A DNA stretch of 64,000 nucleotides from Candidatus Obscuribacteraceae bacterium (GTDB taxonomy: Bacteria; Cyanobacteriota; Vampirovibrionia; Obscuribacterales; Obscuribacteraceae). Below the pieces are notes generated by a model. That model searched no databases. It had not been told where the DNA came from and worked only from the letters and a program-made list of their open reading frames with translations. Positions 39,981 to 49,646 of the stretch are shown piece by piece (positions within the stretch are counted from its first letter, which is position 1; each line of letters starts with the position of its first letter). Position numbers and translations under genes: made by a program. The stretch covers positions 128,001-192,000 of the forward strand of contig JBGASG010000008.1 in the NCBI GenBank assembly GCA_044229845.1, written 5' to 3'.

Positions 39981-40451
39981 CTACTTGCGTTGATCGCGCG
40001 TGTCCTTTTTAGAGGCGCGTTTTTTCGCTGCGTCCTCCGCTTTCTTCTGCCCTTCTTCCTTAAGAGTCTGAATCGATTCACGCAGACTCTGAAAGTTTTC
40101 CTTGTGAGTCGTCATGTCTTCCAGCGCCGCCTGGAATTCATCCGGCTTGGCGATAGAGCCAGAGCGAGCCGTTTTCGCAAAGCCGCGCTCGTCGCCGATC
40201 TGGTGTTGTAATTCGCCAATTCGGTCTTGCAGCTTCTCCACTTCGCGCTGCAGCGTTTCCAGTTCGTCTGCAACAGTAGCGCTGTAGATTAGTTCGGCCA
40301 GCTCATCTCGTCGTTTTTCGATGGCTTCGCGTCTGGACTGGATATCGAGACGTTCTTGCCCCAGGTCAGTGCGCTTGGATTGGATATTCCGGCGGTCGCC
40401 CTGACCGGAGCCGTTGTTTTGTTGGTTTTGTTTCTTCTTGTGTCCTGTCAT
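39981..40451 (-). CDS. Hydrophilic coiled-coil hypothetical protein
   Basis: Open frame rich in E/K/R/Q with heptad pattern; start at the ATG at 40451 is inferred. Confidence 0.7.
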   Translation of the reverse strand: MTGHKKKQNQQNNGSGQGDRRNIQSKRTDLGQERLDIQSRREAIEKRRDELAELIYSATVADELETLQREVEKLQDRIGELQHQIGDERGFAKTARSGSIAKPDEFQAALEDMTTHKENFQSLRESIQTLKEEGQKKAEDAAKKRASKKDTRDQRK

Positions 40452-40621
40452 AGCAAAAGGTCTCGCAAATCCAAAATGCAATACAGCGTGATCGGAGTTC
40501 ACATGCAGCCAGTGGCTGTATTTTAAATAAGGCAGGTGCGTGAATTACATTTACCAAGTCTGAATGTCTCAAAACTTTCATAGCTGGTGTGTTAAGTCGA
40601 CATTTTCAATTCCAAGTTCCT

Positions 40622-40655
40622 GGACAAGAAACGACTACCCATGCGGGTAGTCGTT
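40622..40655 (-). terminator. Intrinsic terminator of the poly-HAMP kinase gene
   Basis: AACGACTACCC-loop-GGGTAGTCGTT stem followed by TCTTGT on the minus strand, 26 nt after the stop. Confidence 0.75.
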
Positions 40656-40681
40656 CCTGATTTCAGTGACTGTGTGACTGT

Positions 40682-43600
40682 TTACGGGCTCGCGTGCTGC
40701 CCCCCGATCAGGTAGTCTTTGACCCGTTCGGCGATGCCGTTGACTTCATCCGAGATGTCGTCAACAGCTACTTCGACCGAAGGCCAGTCCTCCCGCTCGG
40801 CAGCATTGCGGCAATCTATAGACGCCCGATGCAACTGCCTCGCCGACATGAGGGCCGCCAGTCCGCGCATTTCATGCGCCGCCTGTGTCACCCAGTCTTT
40901 GTTTTGTTGCTCGGCTTCGCGCCTGATTTTGCTCAGCAAGTTATTGGCTTCATGCATGAACAGCTCCAATATCTGGTTGGTGTCCGTTCCGTGAATGTCG
41001 CTCAGTTTGGTGAGTTCGATGTCGCCGTCTTCAGGCGACGCCGAGATGACCGCACCTTTGCGCTTGTCGCGCAGCCAGACGCGGAACAGCGAGAGCAATT
41101 GCTCCTGATCCACAGGCTTAGCGATGTAGTCGGAAGCTCCCGCCTCAAGGCACTTCTCACGGTCGCCTTGCATGGCTTTTGCTGTCAGCGCGATGATCGG
41201 CAATGTGCGGAACTCATCGATCTGGCGAATCGCCCGGGTCGTTTCGTAGCCGTCCATTTCCGGCATCATAACGTCCATCAAAACCAGGTCGACATCGGGA
41301 CTCTGAACCAGTACCTCGATACCCTTGCGACCGTTTTCAGCCGAGAGCACCTCCATCTGGAAGCGTTCCAACAGGCTCTTGAGCGCCATGATGTTTCTGG
41401 CATCATCATCGATGATCAGTACGCGACGTCCGCCCAAGAGCGGGTCGTGTTGCCGGAAGTGCTCCAGCACCTTGCGCCGTCCATCGGAGAGCTTGTGATC
41501 TTCGCGGTGCAAGAGGAACGCTGTTTCTGCCAGCAGTTGTTCTGAAGTGGTGGCATCCTTGAGCACAACTGATTGCACCATCTTCTTCAGAACTTGCTGC
41601 TCGTCGGCAGCCAGGTCCTTGGCTGTGTAGGCTATTACCGGAACATCGGTCTTGTCCAGTTCTTGCCTGATTTTGCGAATCAGATCGACACCGCTGATTT
41701 CCGGCAAGACAAGGTCGACGATGATCAGGTCGTAGTCGTTTTTCTGTGCCAGTTGCAGCGCTTCTTCAGCGGTGCGTGCACCCGTCACCTTCACCTCATC
41801 ATCGCTGAGAATGGTGGAGATGCTGCGCTGCTGCACATCGTTGTCTTCAACAACCAGCACGTTGCGGACGCTGCGGTCGATGAAGTTGCGCAGACGGTTG
41901 AGTCCACGCGCGATGCCGCTCTCACCAACGCTGGGATCGATGACCCCATATGCACCGAGGGTCAGCGCCAGGTTGCTGTCGCCTGCATCAGCCACCATGA
42001 TGGTTGGCACGCTTTCCAGGGCCCGATCATGTTTGAAGCGATCGAGCAATGTCCAGCCGTTGACCCCGACGATGCGGGCGTCGAGCACGATGGCCGCAGG
42101 TTGATACTTGCGTGTCATGGCTACGCCGACGTCGCCGCGCAGTGCGACCAATCCCTTGAAGCCGTGCGCTCTCACCGCCTTAAGCAACGTATGGGCATAT
42201 TTCTCATCGTTCTCGATGATAATCGCCACCTTGTCGCTCTTCTCGATGCGATCGCGATCGTCTTCGACGGTAGGATGAGCGAGCGCTTGCTCGACGGCCG
42301 CGGCTTGCTGTTGGCTGGTGCCACTTGTGCCGCCGGCTTCGGCAACCACAGCGGATGCCACGTCGAACTCGCGTCCGGCGCGCTGGTGCTGCTGCTGCTT
42401 GAAGAGCGGGGCGGCGTTGACCGGCAAGTACAGGGTGAACACGCTGCCGACGTTAGGTGTCGACTCAACTGAAATCTCACCACCTAATAGGTTGGAAATT
42501 TCCCGGCTGATCGACAGCCCCAGACCTGTACCGCCGTATTTACGGCTGGTGGTACCGTCTGCCTGCTGGAACGCTTCGAAGATGATGCGCTGCTTCTCTG
42601 GAGGTACACCGATACCGGTGTCGACCACCGAGAACGCCACCACTCGGTCGGCTTTGTTCAACGCGATGTTTTCCTGACTCCAACCGCTTGCCGCAGCGTC
42701 GATGCGCAACGTCACGCTGCCTTCGTGTGTGAACTTGAAGGCGTTGGAGAGGAGGTTCTTCAAGATCTGCTGCAGACGTTTGGAGTCTGTACGTATCTTG
42801 TCGGGCAGGCTGGGATCCAGAACAATATTGAAGTCCAGATCCTTGTCGTTGGCCACCTGACGGAAGCCGCGTTCGATGCTGGTCGACAGATCCTGCAACT
42901 GGCACTCGTCGAAGTCGATTGCCATGGTTCCGGATTCGATCTTGGACAGGTCGAGAATGTCGCTGATCAAAGCCAGCAGGTCGGTTCCTGCTGAGTGAAT
43001 CGTGTTGGCGAATTCGACTTGTTGCCCAGACAGATTCCCTTCCGGGTTCTCAGACAGGAGTTGCGAAAGAATGAGCAGGGAGTTGAGCGGTGTGCGCAAC
43101 TCGTGCGACATGTTGGCGAGAAACTCGCTCTTGTACTTGGACGTGAGAGCCAGCTGGTTTGCCTTTTCTTCCAGCGCTTGTTTTGCCAGTTCGACCTCGT
43201 GGTTTTTGAGTTCGACCTCGCTCTTTTGCTGCGCCAAAAGTTTTGCTTTCTCTTCCAGCTCTTCGTTGGTATGCCGCAGAGCATCCTGCTGTTCTTTGAG
43301 CAAGTCTTCCGACATCTTGAGAGATGCGGCTTGATCTTTGAGGCGCAGGTTGGTTTCTTTCAGTTCATCCTGTTGTCTTTGCAGTTCTTCCGCCAGTGAT
43401 TGCGATTGCGCAAGCAGCGCTTCCGTTCTCATTGTGGCAGCAATTGTGTTGAGCACGATACCGATGGTTTCGGTCAACTGATCGAGGAACTGAATATGAA
43501 TGTCGTTGAACTGGTTGAATGAAGCGAGCTCGATGACTGCCTTCACCTGACCTTCGAATACGACCGGCAGGACGATGATGTTGAGCGGTGGTGCCTCACC

Positions 43601-46600
43601 GAGCCCGCTGCTCACCTTGATATAGTCGCCCGGCACGTTGTTGAGGAAGATGCGTTCTTTTTCAAGGGCGCACTCGCCAACGATGCCTTCGCCCAGTCTG
43701 AATGTATTGCCGAGATTCTTGCGCTCACGATAAGCGTAGCTTCCCAGCAATCTCAGCACCGTGTCGCCCTCTTCGTTGAGATCGGCGATGTAGAACACGC
43801 CGTGCTGCGCATCGACTAGTGGTGCCAGTTCCGACAGGATCAGTTTAGCGACTGTGAGTAAGTCTCTGTGACCTTGCAACATGGCTGTGAATTTGGCAAT
43901 GTTGGTCTTCAGCCAGTCTTGCTCGGTGTTCTTCTGAGTGGTCTCTTTGAGGTTGCGGATCATCTCGTTGATGTTGTCTTTGAGAATCGCAACTTCGCCT
44001 TGCGCTTGCACCGTAATCGACCGGGTCAGGTCGCCCTGTGTCACGGCTGTTGCCACGTCTGCAATCGCGCGTACTTGTGTCGTCAGATTGGCTGCCAGCT
44101 GGTTGACGTTTTCCGTCAGGTCTTTCCATGTGCCTGTGGCACCGGGGACCTTCGCCTGACCGCCCAGTTTTCCTTCCACACCTACCTCACGGGCAACTGA
44201 CGTTACCTGCTCGGCAAATATGTCCAGCGTATCGATCATCGAGTTGATCGTGTCTGCCAGTTCGGCGATTTCGCCTTTGGCTTCAACTGTCAGTTTCCTC
44301 TTCAGATCGCCGTTCGCTACTGAAGTGACGACTCGGGAGATAGAACGCACTTGTGACGTCAGGTTGTTGGCCATAACGTTGACGTTGTCCGTCAGGTCCT
44401 TCCAGACACCGCCGACGCCCTTCACGTCCGCCTGTCCGCCCAGTCTGCCTTCCGTACCTACTTCGCGTGCAACCCGTGTCACTTCCGATGCGAACGATGA
44501 CAGCTGGTCCACCATTGTATTGATTGTGTTTTTCAGCTCGGAGATTTCGCCCCGCACATCGACAGTGATCTTCTTAGATAGGTCGCCTCGGGCTACGGCT
44601 GTCGTCACTTCCGCGATGTTGCGGACTTGTGCTGTTAAGTTGGATGCCATCTGGTTGACTGATTCGGTCAAGTCTTTCCACGTACCGGCTACACCGCGTA
44701 CGTCCGCCTGACCGCCCAGTTTTCCTTCGGTTCCGACTTCTCTGGCGACCCGTGTCACTTCTGATGCGAACGATGACAGCTGGTCCACCATTGAGTTGAT
44801 TGTGTTTTTCAGCTCTAAGATTTCGCCGCGTACGTCGACTGTGATCTTCTTAGACAGGTCGCCCTTCGCAACTGCGGTCGTCACTTCCGCGATGTTACGC
44901 ACTTGAGATGTGAGGTTGGACGCCATCTGGTTGACTGAATCCGTCAGGTCTTTCCATGTGCCCGACACACCGCGGACATCCGCCTGACCGCCGAGCTTCC
45001 CTTCGGTACCTACTTCACGAGCAACCCGGGTGACTTCAGATGCGAATGATCTGAGTTGGTCCACCATTGTGTTGATTGTGTTTTTCAGCTCCAGAATTTC
45101 GCCTTTGACGTCGACCACGATCTTCTTGGAGAGATCCCCGTTTGCCACCGCAGTCGTTACTTCCGCGATGTTACGCACTTGCGATGTGAGGTTGGACGCC
45201 ATGACGTTCACGGAGTCTGTCAGGTCTTTCCAGGTGCCGGAGACACCGCGAACATCCGCTTGTCCGCCTAGCTTCCCTTCCGTTCCTACTTCACGAGCAA
45301 CCCGGGTGACTTCAGATGCGAATGATCTGAGCTGGTCCACCATTGTATTGATCGTATTTTTCAGTTCGAGAATTTCGCCTTTGACGTCGACAACGATCTT
45401 CTTAGATAGGTCGCCGTTCGCCACCGCGGTTGTTACTTCCGCGATGTTACGCACCTGGGCTGTCAGGTTGGACGCCATGAAGTTCACGGAGTCTGTCAGA
45501 TCTTTCCAGGCGCCGGTCACACCGCGGACATCCGCTTGACCGCCGAGTTTTCCTTCCGTACCTACTTCACGTGCAACCCGGGTGACTTCAGATGCGAACG
45601 ATCTGAGTTGGTCCACCATGGTGTTGATTGTGTTTTTCAGTTCGAGAATTTCGCCTTTGACGTCGACAACGATCTTTTTAGAGAGATCCCCGTTTGCCAC
45701 CGCGGTTGTAACTTCCGCGATGTTACGCACTTGGGACGTCAGGTTGGATGCCATCTGGTTGACTGAGTCCGTCAGATCTTTCCAGACACCGGCGACGCCC
45801 TTCACGTCTGCCTGACCGCCGAGTTTTCCTTCGGTTCCGACTTCTCTGGCGACCCGTGTCACTTCCGATGCGAACGAACCGAGCTGGTCCACCATCGTAT
45901 TGATTGTGTTCTTCAGTTCGAGAATCTCGCCCTTCACATCGACCGTGATTTTCTTAGATAGGTCGCCGTTTGCCACCGCGGTTGTAACTTCCGCGATGTT
46001 ACGCACCTGGGATGTGAGGTTCGACGCCATAACGTTGACGGAGTCTGTGAGGTCTTTCCACACACCGCCGACGCCCTTCACGTCTGCCTGACCGCCGAGT
46101 TTTCCTTCGGTACCTACTTCTCTGGCGACCCGAGTCACTTCCGATGCGAACGATGACAACTGGTCCACCATCGTGTTGATGGTTTTCTTGAGCTCAAGAA
46201 TTTCGCCTTTAACGTCAACGGTGATCTTCTTGGACAGATCACCGTTAGCAACTGCGGTCGTCACTTCAGCGATGTTACGCACTTGAGCGGTAAGGTTGGA
46301 AGCCATCAGGTTGACGTTGTCGGTCAAGCCCTTCCAGGCGCCGGTGACGCCCTGCACTTCCGCTTGTCCGCCGAGCTTTCCTTCGGTTCCGACCTCGCGG
46401 GCGACACGTGTCACTTCAGCCGCGAACGAACCGAGCTGGTCGACCATCGTGTTGATTGTTTTCTTCAGTTCGAGAATTTCGCCTTTGACGTCGACGGTGA
46501 TCTTCTTCGACAGATCGCCTTTTGCCACCGCGGTCGTCACTTCGGCGATGTTTCTTACTTGAGCCGTCAGGTTAGATGCCATCAGGTTGACGTTGTCTGT

Positions 46601-47851
46601 CAGGTCTTTCCATGCGCCCGTCACACCTTTGACGTTCGCCTGACCTCCGAGTTTTCCTTCGGTTCCAACTTCCCGGGCAACCCGTGTCACTTCCGATGCG
46701 AACGAACCGAGCTGGTCAACCATCGAGTTAATCGTGTTCTTCAGTTCGAGAATTTCGCCCTTCACGTCGATCGTGATCTTCTTCGAGAAGTCGCCGTTCG
46801 CCACGGCGGTCGTCACCTGAGCGATGTTTCTTACCTGCGCTGTCAGGTTGGACGCCATCAAGTTGACGTTGTCCGTGAGACCTTTCCATGCACCTGTCAG
46901 ACCTTTGACGTTTGCCTGACCGCCGAGTTTTCCTTCCGTACCTACTTCGCGGGCAACCCGGGTCACTTCGTTTGCGAACGAACCGAGCTGGTCCACCATG
47001 GTGTTAATCGTGTTTTTCAGCTCGAGAATCTCGCCGCGCACGTCCACGGTGATTTTCTTGGACAGGTCGCCGTTCGCCACGGCGGTCGTCACTTCTGCGA
47101 TGTTACGCACCTGGTTCGTCAGATTCGACGCCATCAGGTTTACGTTGTCGGTCACTTCCTTCCAGATGCCGGCGACGCCTCGCACGTCCGCCTGACCACC
47201 CAGTTTTCCTTCGATACCCACTTCGCGCGCCACACGCGTAACTTCGCTCGAGAAGGACGTCAGCTGCTCAACCAGCTTGTTGACTGTATTTGCTACCCGA
47301 AGAAACTCCCCTTTGATTGGGCGCCCCTCGATTTCCAGTGCCATCGTTTGCGACAGGTCGCCGCGAGCGACGGCGCCGATCACGCGCGCCACTTCGCTGG
47401 TCGGGTGGACCAGGTCGCCGACCAGGTTATTGACCGAGTCGATGTAGATAGCCCAACTGCCGGTCGCGCCCGGCATGTTGACGCGCTGGTTGATTTTCCC
47501 TTCGCGACCGACCGCATGCGCAACGCGGTCGATTTCTCTCGCCAGACGATCGTTCATCTCGATCAGACCATTGACTGCAAGAGCGATTTCGCCGGCGACG
47601 CCTAATTCCTTCTCGGACAGGCGGGTGGAGAAGTCGCCTCTGCGGACGGCGCGCAAAACGCCGAGCAACTCTTTGGCATGGGCGAAGTCCAGTGCAGTGG
47701 CATCCGCTTGGAGAACACCGGTCGCAGTAGCGGATCGCGACTTTTTGCTGCTGGTCTTCGGTTCGTCCTCGATGGCGGCAGTGGCGGCGCCGGCATCGTC
47801 TCTGGTCCGGGATGCGGCTTTTTTGGCCGCGGGCGAGGTTTGTTTCTTCAT
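40682..47851 (-). CDS. Poly-HAMP hybrid histidine kinase (group III/NIK1-like): HAMP array-GAF-HisKA-HATPase-3xREC-HPt
   Basis: About 13 units of 92 aa ([19 protein letters not shown]...), H-box [17 protein letters not shown] boxes, three receiver domains and C-terminal AAHEMRG. ATG at 47851 preferred as start. Confidence 0.95.
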   Translation of the reverse strand: MKKQTSPAAKKAASRTRDDAGAATAAIEDEPKTSSKKSRSATATGVLQADATALDFAHAKELLGVLRAVRRGDFSTRLSEKELGVAGEIALAVNGLIEMNDRLAREIDRVAHAVGREGKINQRVNMPGATGSWAIYIDSVNNLVGDLVHPTSEVARVIGAVARGDLSQTMALEIEGRPIKGEFLRVANTVNKLVEQLTSFSSEVTRVAREVGIEGKLGGQADVRGVAGIWKEVTDNVNLMASNLTNQVRNIAEVTTAVANGDLSKKITVDVRGEILELKNTINTMVDQLGSFANEVTRVAREVGTEGKLGGQANVKGLTGAWKGLTDNVNLMASNLTAQVRNIAQVTTAVANGDFSKKITIDVKGEILELKNTINSMVDQLGSFASEVTRVAREVGTEGKLGGQANVKGVTGAWKDLTDNVNLMASNLTAQVRNIAEVTTAVAKGDLSKKITVDVKGEILELKKTINTMVDQLGSFAAEVTRVAREVGTEGKLGGQAEVQGVTGAWKGLTDNVNLMASNLTAQVRNIAEVTTAVANGDLSKKITVDVKGEILELKKTINTMVDQLSSFASEVTRVAREVGTEGKLGGQADVKGVGGVWKDLTDSVNVMASNLTSQVRNIAEVTTAVANGDLSKKITVDVKGEILELKNTINTMVDQLGSFASEVTRVAREVGTEGKLGGQADVKGVAGVWKDLTDSVNQMASNLTSQVRNIAEVTTAVANGDLSKKIVVDVKGEILELKNTINTMVDQLRSFASEVTRVAREVGTEGKLGGQADVRGVTGAWKDLTDSVNFMASNLTAQVRNIAEVTTAVANGDLSKKIVVDVKGEILELKNTINTMVDQLRSFASEVTRVAREVGTEGKLGGQADVRGVSGTWKDLTDSVNVMASNLTSQVRNIAEVTTAVANGDLSKKIVVDVKGEILELKNTINTMVDQLRSFASEVTRVAREVGTEGKLGGQADVRGVSGTWKDLTDSVNQMASNLTSQVRNIAEVTTAVAKGDLSKKITVDVRGEILELKNTINSMVDQLSSFASEVTRVAREVGTEGKLGGQADVRGVAGTWKDLTESVNQMASNLTAQVRNIAEVTTAVARGDLSKKITVDVRGEISELKNTINTMVDQLSSFASEVTRVAREVGTEGRLGGQADVKGVGGVWKDLTDNVNVMANNLTSQVRSISRVVTSVANGDLKRKLTVEAKGEIAELADTINSMIDTLDIFAEQVTSVAREVGVEGKLGGQAKVPGATGTWKDLTENVNQLAANLTTQVRAIADVATAVTQGDLTRSITVQAQGEVAILKDNINEMIRNLKETTQKNTEQDWLKTNIAKFTAMLQGHRDLLTVAKLILSELAPLVDAQHGVFYIADLNEEGDTVLRLLGSYAYRERKNLGNTFRLGEGIVGECALEKERIFLNNVPGDYIKVSSGLGEAPPLNIIVLPVVFEGQVKAVIELASFNQFNDIHIQFLDQLTETIGIVLNTIAATMRTEALLAQSQSLAEELQRQQDELKETNLRLKDQAASLKMSEDLLKEQQDALRHTNEELEEKAKLLAQQKSEVELKNHEVELAKQALEEKANQLALTSKYKSEFLANMSHELRTPLNSLLILSQLLSENPEGNLSGQQVEFANTIHSAGTDLLALISDILDLSKIESGTMAIDFDECQLQDLSTSIERGFRQVANDKDLDFNIVLDPSLPDKIRTDSKRLQQILKNLLSNAFKFTHEGSVTLRIDAAASGWSQENIALNKADRVVAFSVVDTGIGVPPEKQRIIFEAFQQADGTTSRKYGGTGLGLSISREISNLLGGEISVESTPNVGSVFTLYLPVNAAPLFKQQQHQRAGREFDVASAVVAEAGGTSGTSQQQAAAVEQALAHPTVEDDRDRIEKSDKVAIIIENDEKYAHTLLKAVRAHGFKGLVALRGDVGVAMTRKYQPAAIVLDARIVGVNGWTLLDRFKHDRALESVPTIMVADAGDSNLALTLGAYGVIDPSVGESGIARGLNRLRNFIDRSVRNVLVVEDNDVQQRSISTILSDDEVKVTGARTAEEALQLAQKNDYDLIIVDLVLPEISGVDLIRKIRQELDKTDVPVIAYTAKDLAADEQQVLKKMVQSVVLKDATTSEQLLAETAFLLHREDHKLSDGRRKVLEHFRQHDPLLGGRRVLIIDDDARNIMALKSLLERFQMEVLSAENGRKGIEVLVQSPDVDLVLMDVMMPEMDGYETTRAIRQIDEFRTLPIIALTAKAMQGDREKCLEAGASDYIAKPVDQEQLLSLFRVWLRDKRKGAVISASPEDGDIELTKLSDIHGTDTNQILELFMHEANNLLSKIRREAEQQNKDWVTQAAHEMRGLAALMSARQLHRASIDCRNAAEREDWPSVEVAVDDISDEVNGIAERVKDYLIGGQHASP
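43940..47540 (-). repeat. Coding tandem repeat, 276-bp unit (HAMP array)
   Basis: 11 units with exact [10 protein letters not shown] plus 2 divergent flanking units; boundaries approximate. Confidence 0.92.
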
Positions 47852-48182
47852 TCGTCTTACTCGACTTTCGCAAAAGCAGGAATGGTCGGCTGGCGCCAAC
47901 CTTCCATCAGTTTCCGTTTGGTCTCAATAGGTCAGTGGGTGTGCAAAATACAGTGATCTACTATTTAGGTTACCCATATGCACGTTGGAGATATGCATAG
48001 ATTGCTTATGGTTACCCCCAAAATGCTTGTAACAAGTACGTTACATGTCGCATTTTCGTGACTAGAAGCGTAGCCCGTAATCTAAGCAGGGCTGGCTTTC
48101 CAGTTGACGAGCCGCCATGTCGACGGGTGGTGGTTTAAGCCTATGAGTTCAAGAGGAAATGGTTGGGGGGTGCTGATCGCCG

Positions 48183-48223
48183 CCTAGGGGAAATCAACAC
48201 TTCAGTTGATTTTCTGTTGATTT
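48183..48223. repeat. Solo copy of the MITE-like end (CCTAGGGGAAATCAACACTTCAGTTGATTTTC)
   Basis: Matches 31972-32004 closely, including the internal AAATCAAC-N6-GTTGATTT palindrome. Confidence 0.7.
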
Positions 48224-48265
48224 GCAGAAGTGGCGATTAGCGTGTGCAGAATTTCGCTAGTAAAT

Positions 48266-48326
48266 GTTATGCACCATCCACGGTGGCAACTCAGCCGAGC
48301 GGCTGCCACTATGTCTGGTGCATAAC
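48266..48326. repeat. 61-nt intergenic inverted repeat / long hairpin
   Basis: Perfect 11-bp outer stem GTTATGCACCA/TGGTGCATAAC and inner stem GTGGCA/TGCCAC. Confidence 0.8.
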
Positions 48327-48647
48327 CCCGCATAGTTCACATGAAAAAGGTTTGGCAGTGTTGGGCTGCCTCTTCATCCACGATGGTTCCTGACTGAATC
48401 TATCTTCTAGATTAGGTCGGATACCGAACCGAAGGCTAAGCCTCTACCTTTGCTTATCTTTCGAATCGGACCGGGGAATGATTTTATTATTCACGGACCC
48501 GGGGGATCGCACAATACGGAAACTACGAAACCCTACACCCTGGCGGTAATCTCTCGGTAACAACCCGGTGGGGCTAGGGCGCCCGGCGCCTTCGAAGGGT
48601 GCGTCCGCTGCTTAGAAACGGCTTGCGGGCGGCATATAAATGAAGCT

Positions 48648-49646
48648 ATGAGTACCGACAAACCCTTTCGATGGAATCTGGCGAATCGCCGCGCCCTGGA
48701 CGCAATGTTCAGGACGCTCGCGCACGCGGATCTGCCGGGGAAGGACAGTTATTTCTGTCAGCCTTTATTCAAGATGCACAATGAGCGCATCGAAAACACC
48801 GTCTCGGGCTTCGGGCTGGCACTGTCTCCCGAGATCATTCATACCTGCGCCCGCATCGCCGCCAGCGCGTCAGACTGTGACCTGATTTTCGTAGGGCGAT
48901 CGCCGGAAACATTCTTCGATTATCTGAGCGGGCTGTTCTTTGACAGCAGCTGGCGCGAACGCATTATCTTGCTGCAGTTCTCCTACCGCTTCGTCGATAA
49001 GAATCGCATCAACTGGACGTTAGCCCTGCCGGCATTGCGAAACTATTTCCGCACGCTCAAGCTGGATCCCGCCAACCTCATGCGCCGCGAGCGACCGGTG
49101 GCATTCGTAGATCTCGTGTGCTCGGGTGAGACATTCGGCAACCTGATTCATCTGCTCGCCGCGTGGGCTAAAGAAGAGGGCATTGAATGGAAATCGGTGC
49201 GCCGCAAAATACGGCTGCTGGGGCTCACTTCCAAATGCAAAGCCAGTCCGAAAGCGCGTCGCTGGACTGAGCAAGCCAACTGGTTGGATATGCTGGAATC
49301 GGGTTCGGTCAAGAACATCGCGATACATCCGGAACTGTGGGATTACTTCGGCAACCGCCAGCGCAAGGTGACGCCCAGCTTCCGACCGGAAAACTGGGGC
49401 AAGGACAAAGCCTATTCCCCGGCAAGAAACATTGCGTCGCTGGCTGCGTTGCGCATGGCGATCTACTGGTTTGGTCTTGGACAGCGTGCCACCAGCCGTG
49501 ATGACTTTGCTTCGCTGCTTTGCGAACAGCCAGAGATGAAACGTCGAGAGCTGCGAGAAATGGTGGCGGAACTGCGCCAGACACGCCGCACTGAGAAACG
49601 CTTACGCAAGAATCGCAGCCGCTCGCTGCCCGCTTCCCTGCGCTAG
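48648..49646 (+). CDS. Hypothetical protein with a PRTase-like loop
   Basis: Long clean ORF; LIFVGRSP and AFVDLVCSGETF motifs. Confidence 0.7.
   Translation: MSTDKPFRWNLANRRALDAMFRTLAHADLPGKDSYFCQPLFKMHNERIENTVSGFGLALSPEIIHTCARIAASASDCDLIFVGRSPETFFDYLSGLFFDSSWRERIILLQFSYRFVDKNRINWTLALPALRNYFRTLKLDPANLMRRERPVAFVDLVCSGETFGNLIHLLAAWAKEEGIEWKSVRRKIRLLGLTSKCKASPKARRWTEQANWLDMLESGSVKNIAIHPELWDYFGNRQRKVTPSFRPENWGKDKAYSPARNIASLAALRMAIYWFGLGQRATSRDDFASLLCEQPEMKRRELREMVAELRQTRRTEKRLRKNRSRSLPASLR

Noticed and set aside
44220..47605. Repetitive plus-strand ORFs (e.g. 46283..47605) and CRISPR- or DGR-like periodicity
   Set aside because: Antisense to the 276-bp coding HAMP repeats. No unique spacers, no cas genes and no reverse transcriptase; differences are mostly synonymous.
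48266..48326. Integron attC site or NtrC operator
   Set aside because: The order is GTTATGC...GCATAAC, the reverse of the attC RYYYAAC...GTTRRRY arrangement, and no integrase is present. The TGCACCA/TGGTGCA half-sites are 39 nt apart, far wider than an NtrC site.
33177..49646. Convergent gene pairs sharing 4-bp stop overlaps (TTAA at 33177-33180, CTAG at 49643-49646)
   Set aside because: Common consequence of palindromic stop-codon geometry; no sign of special function.
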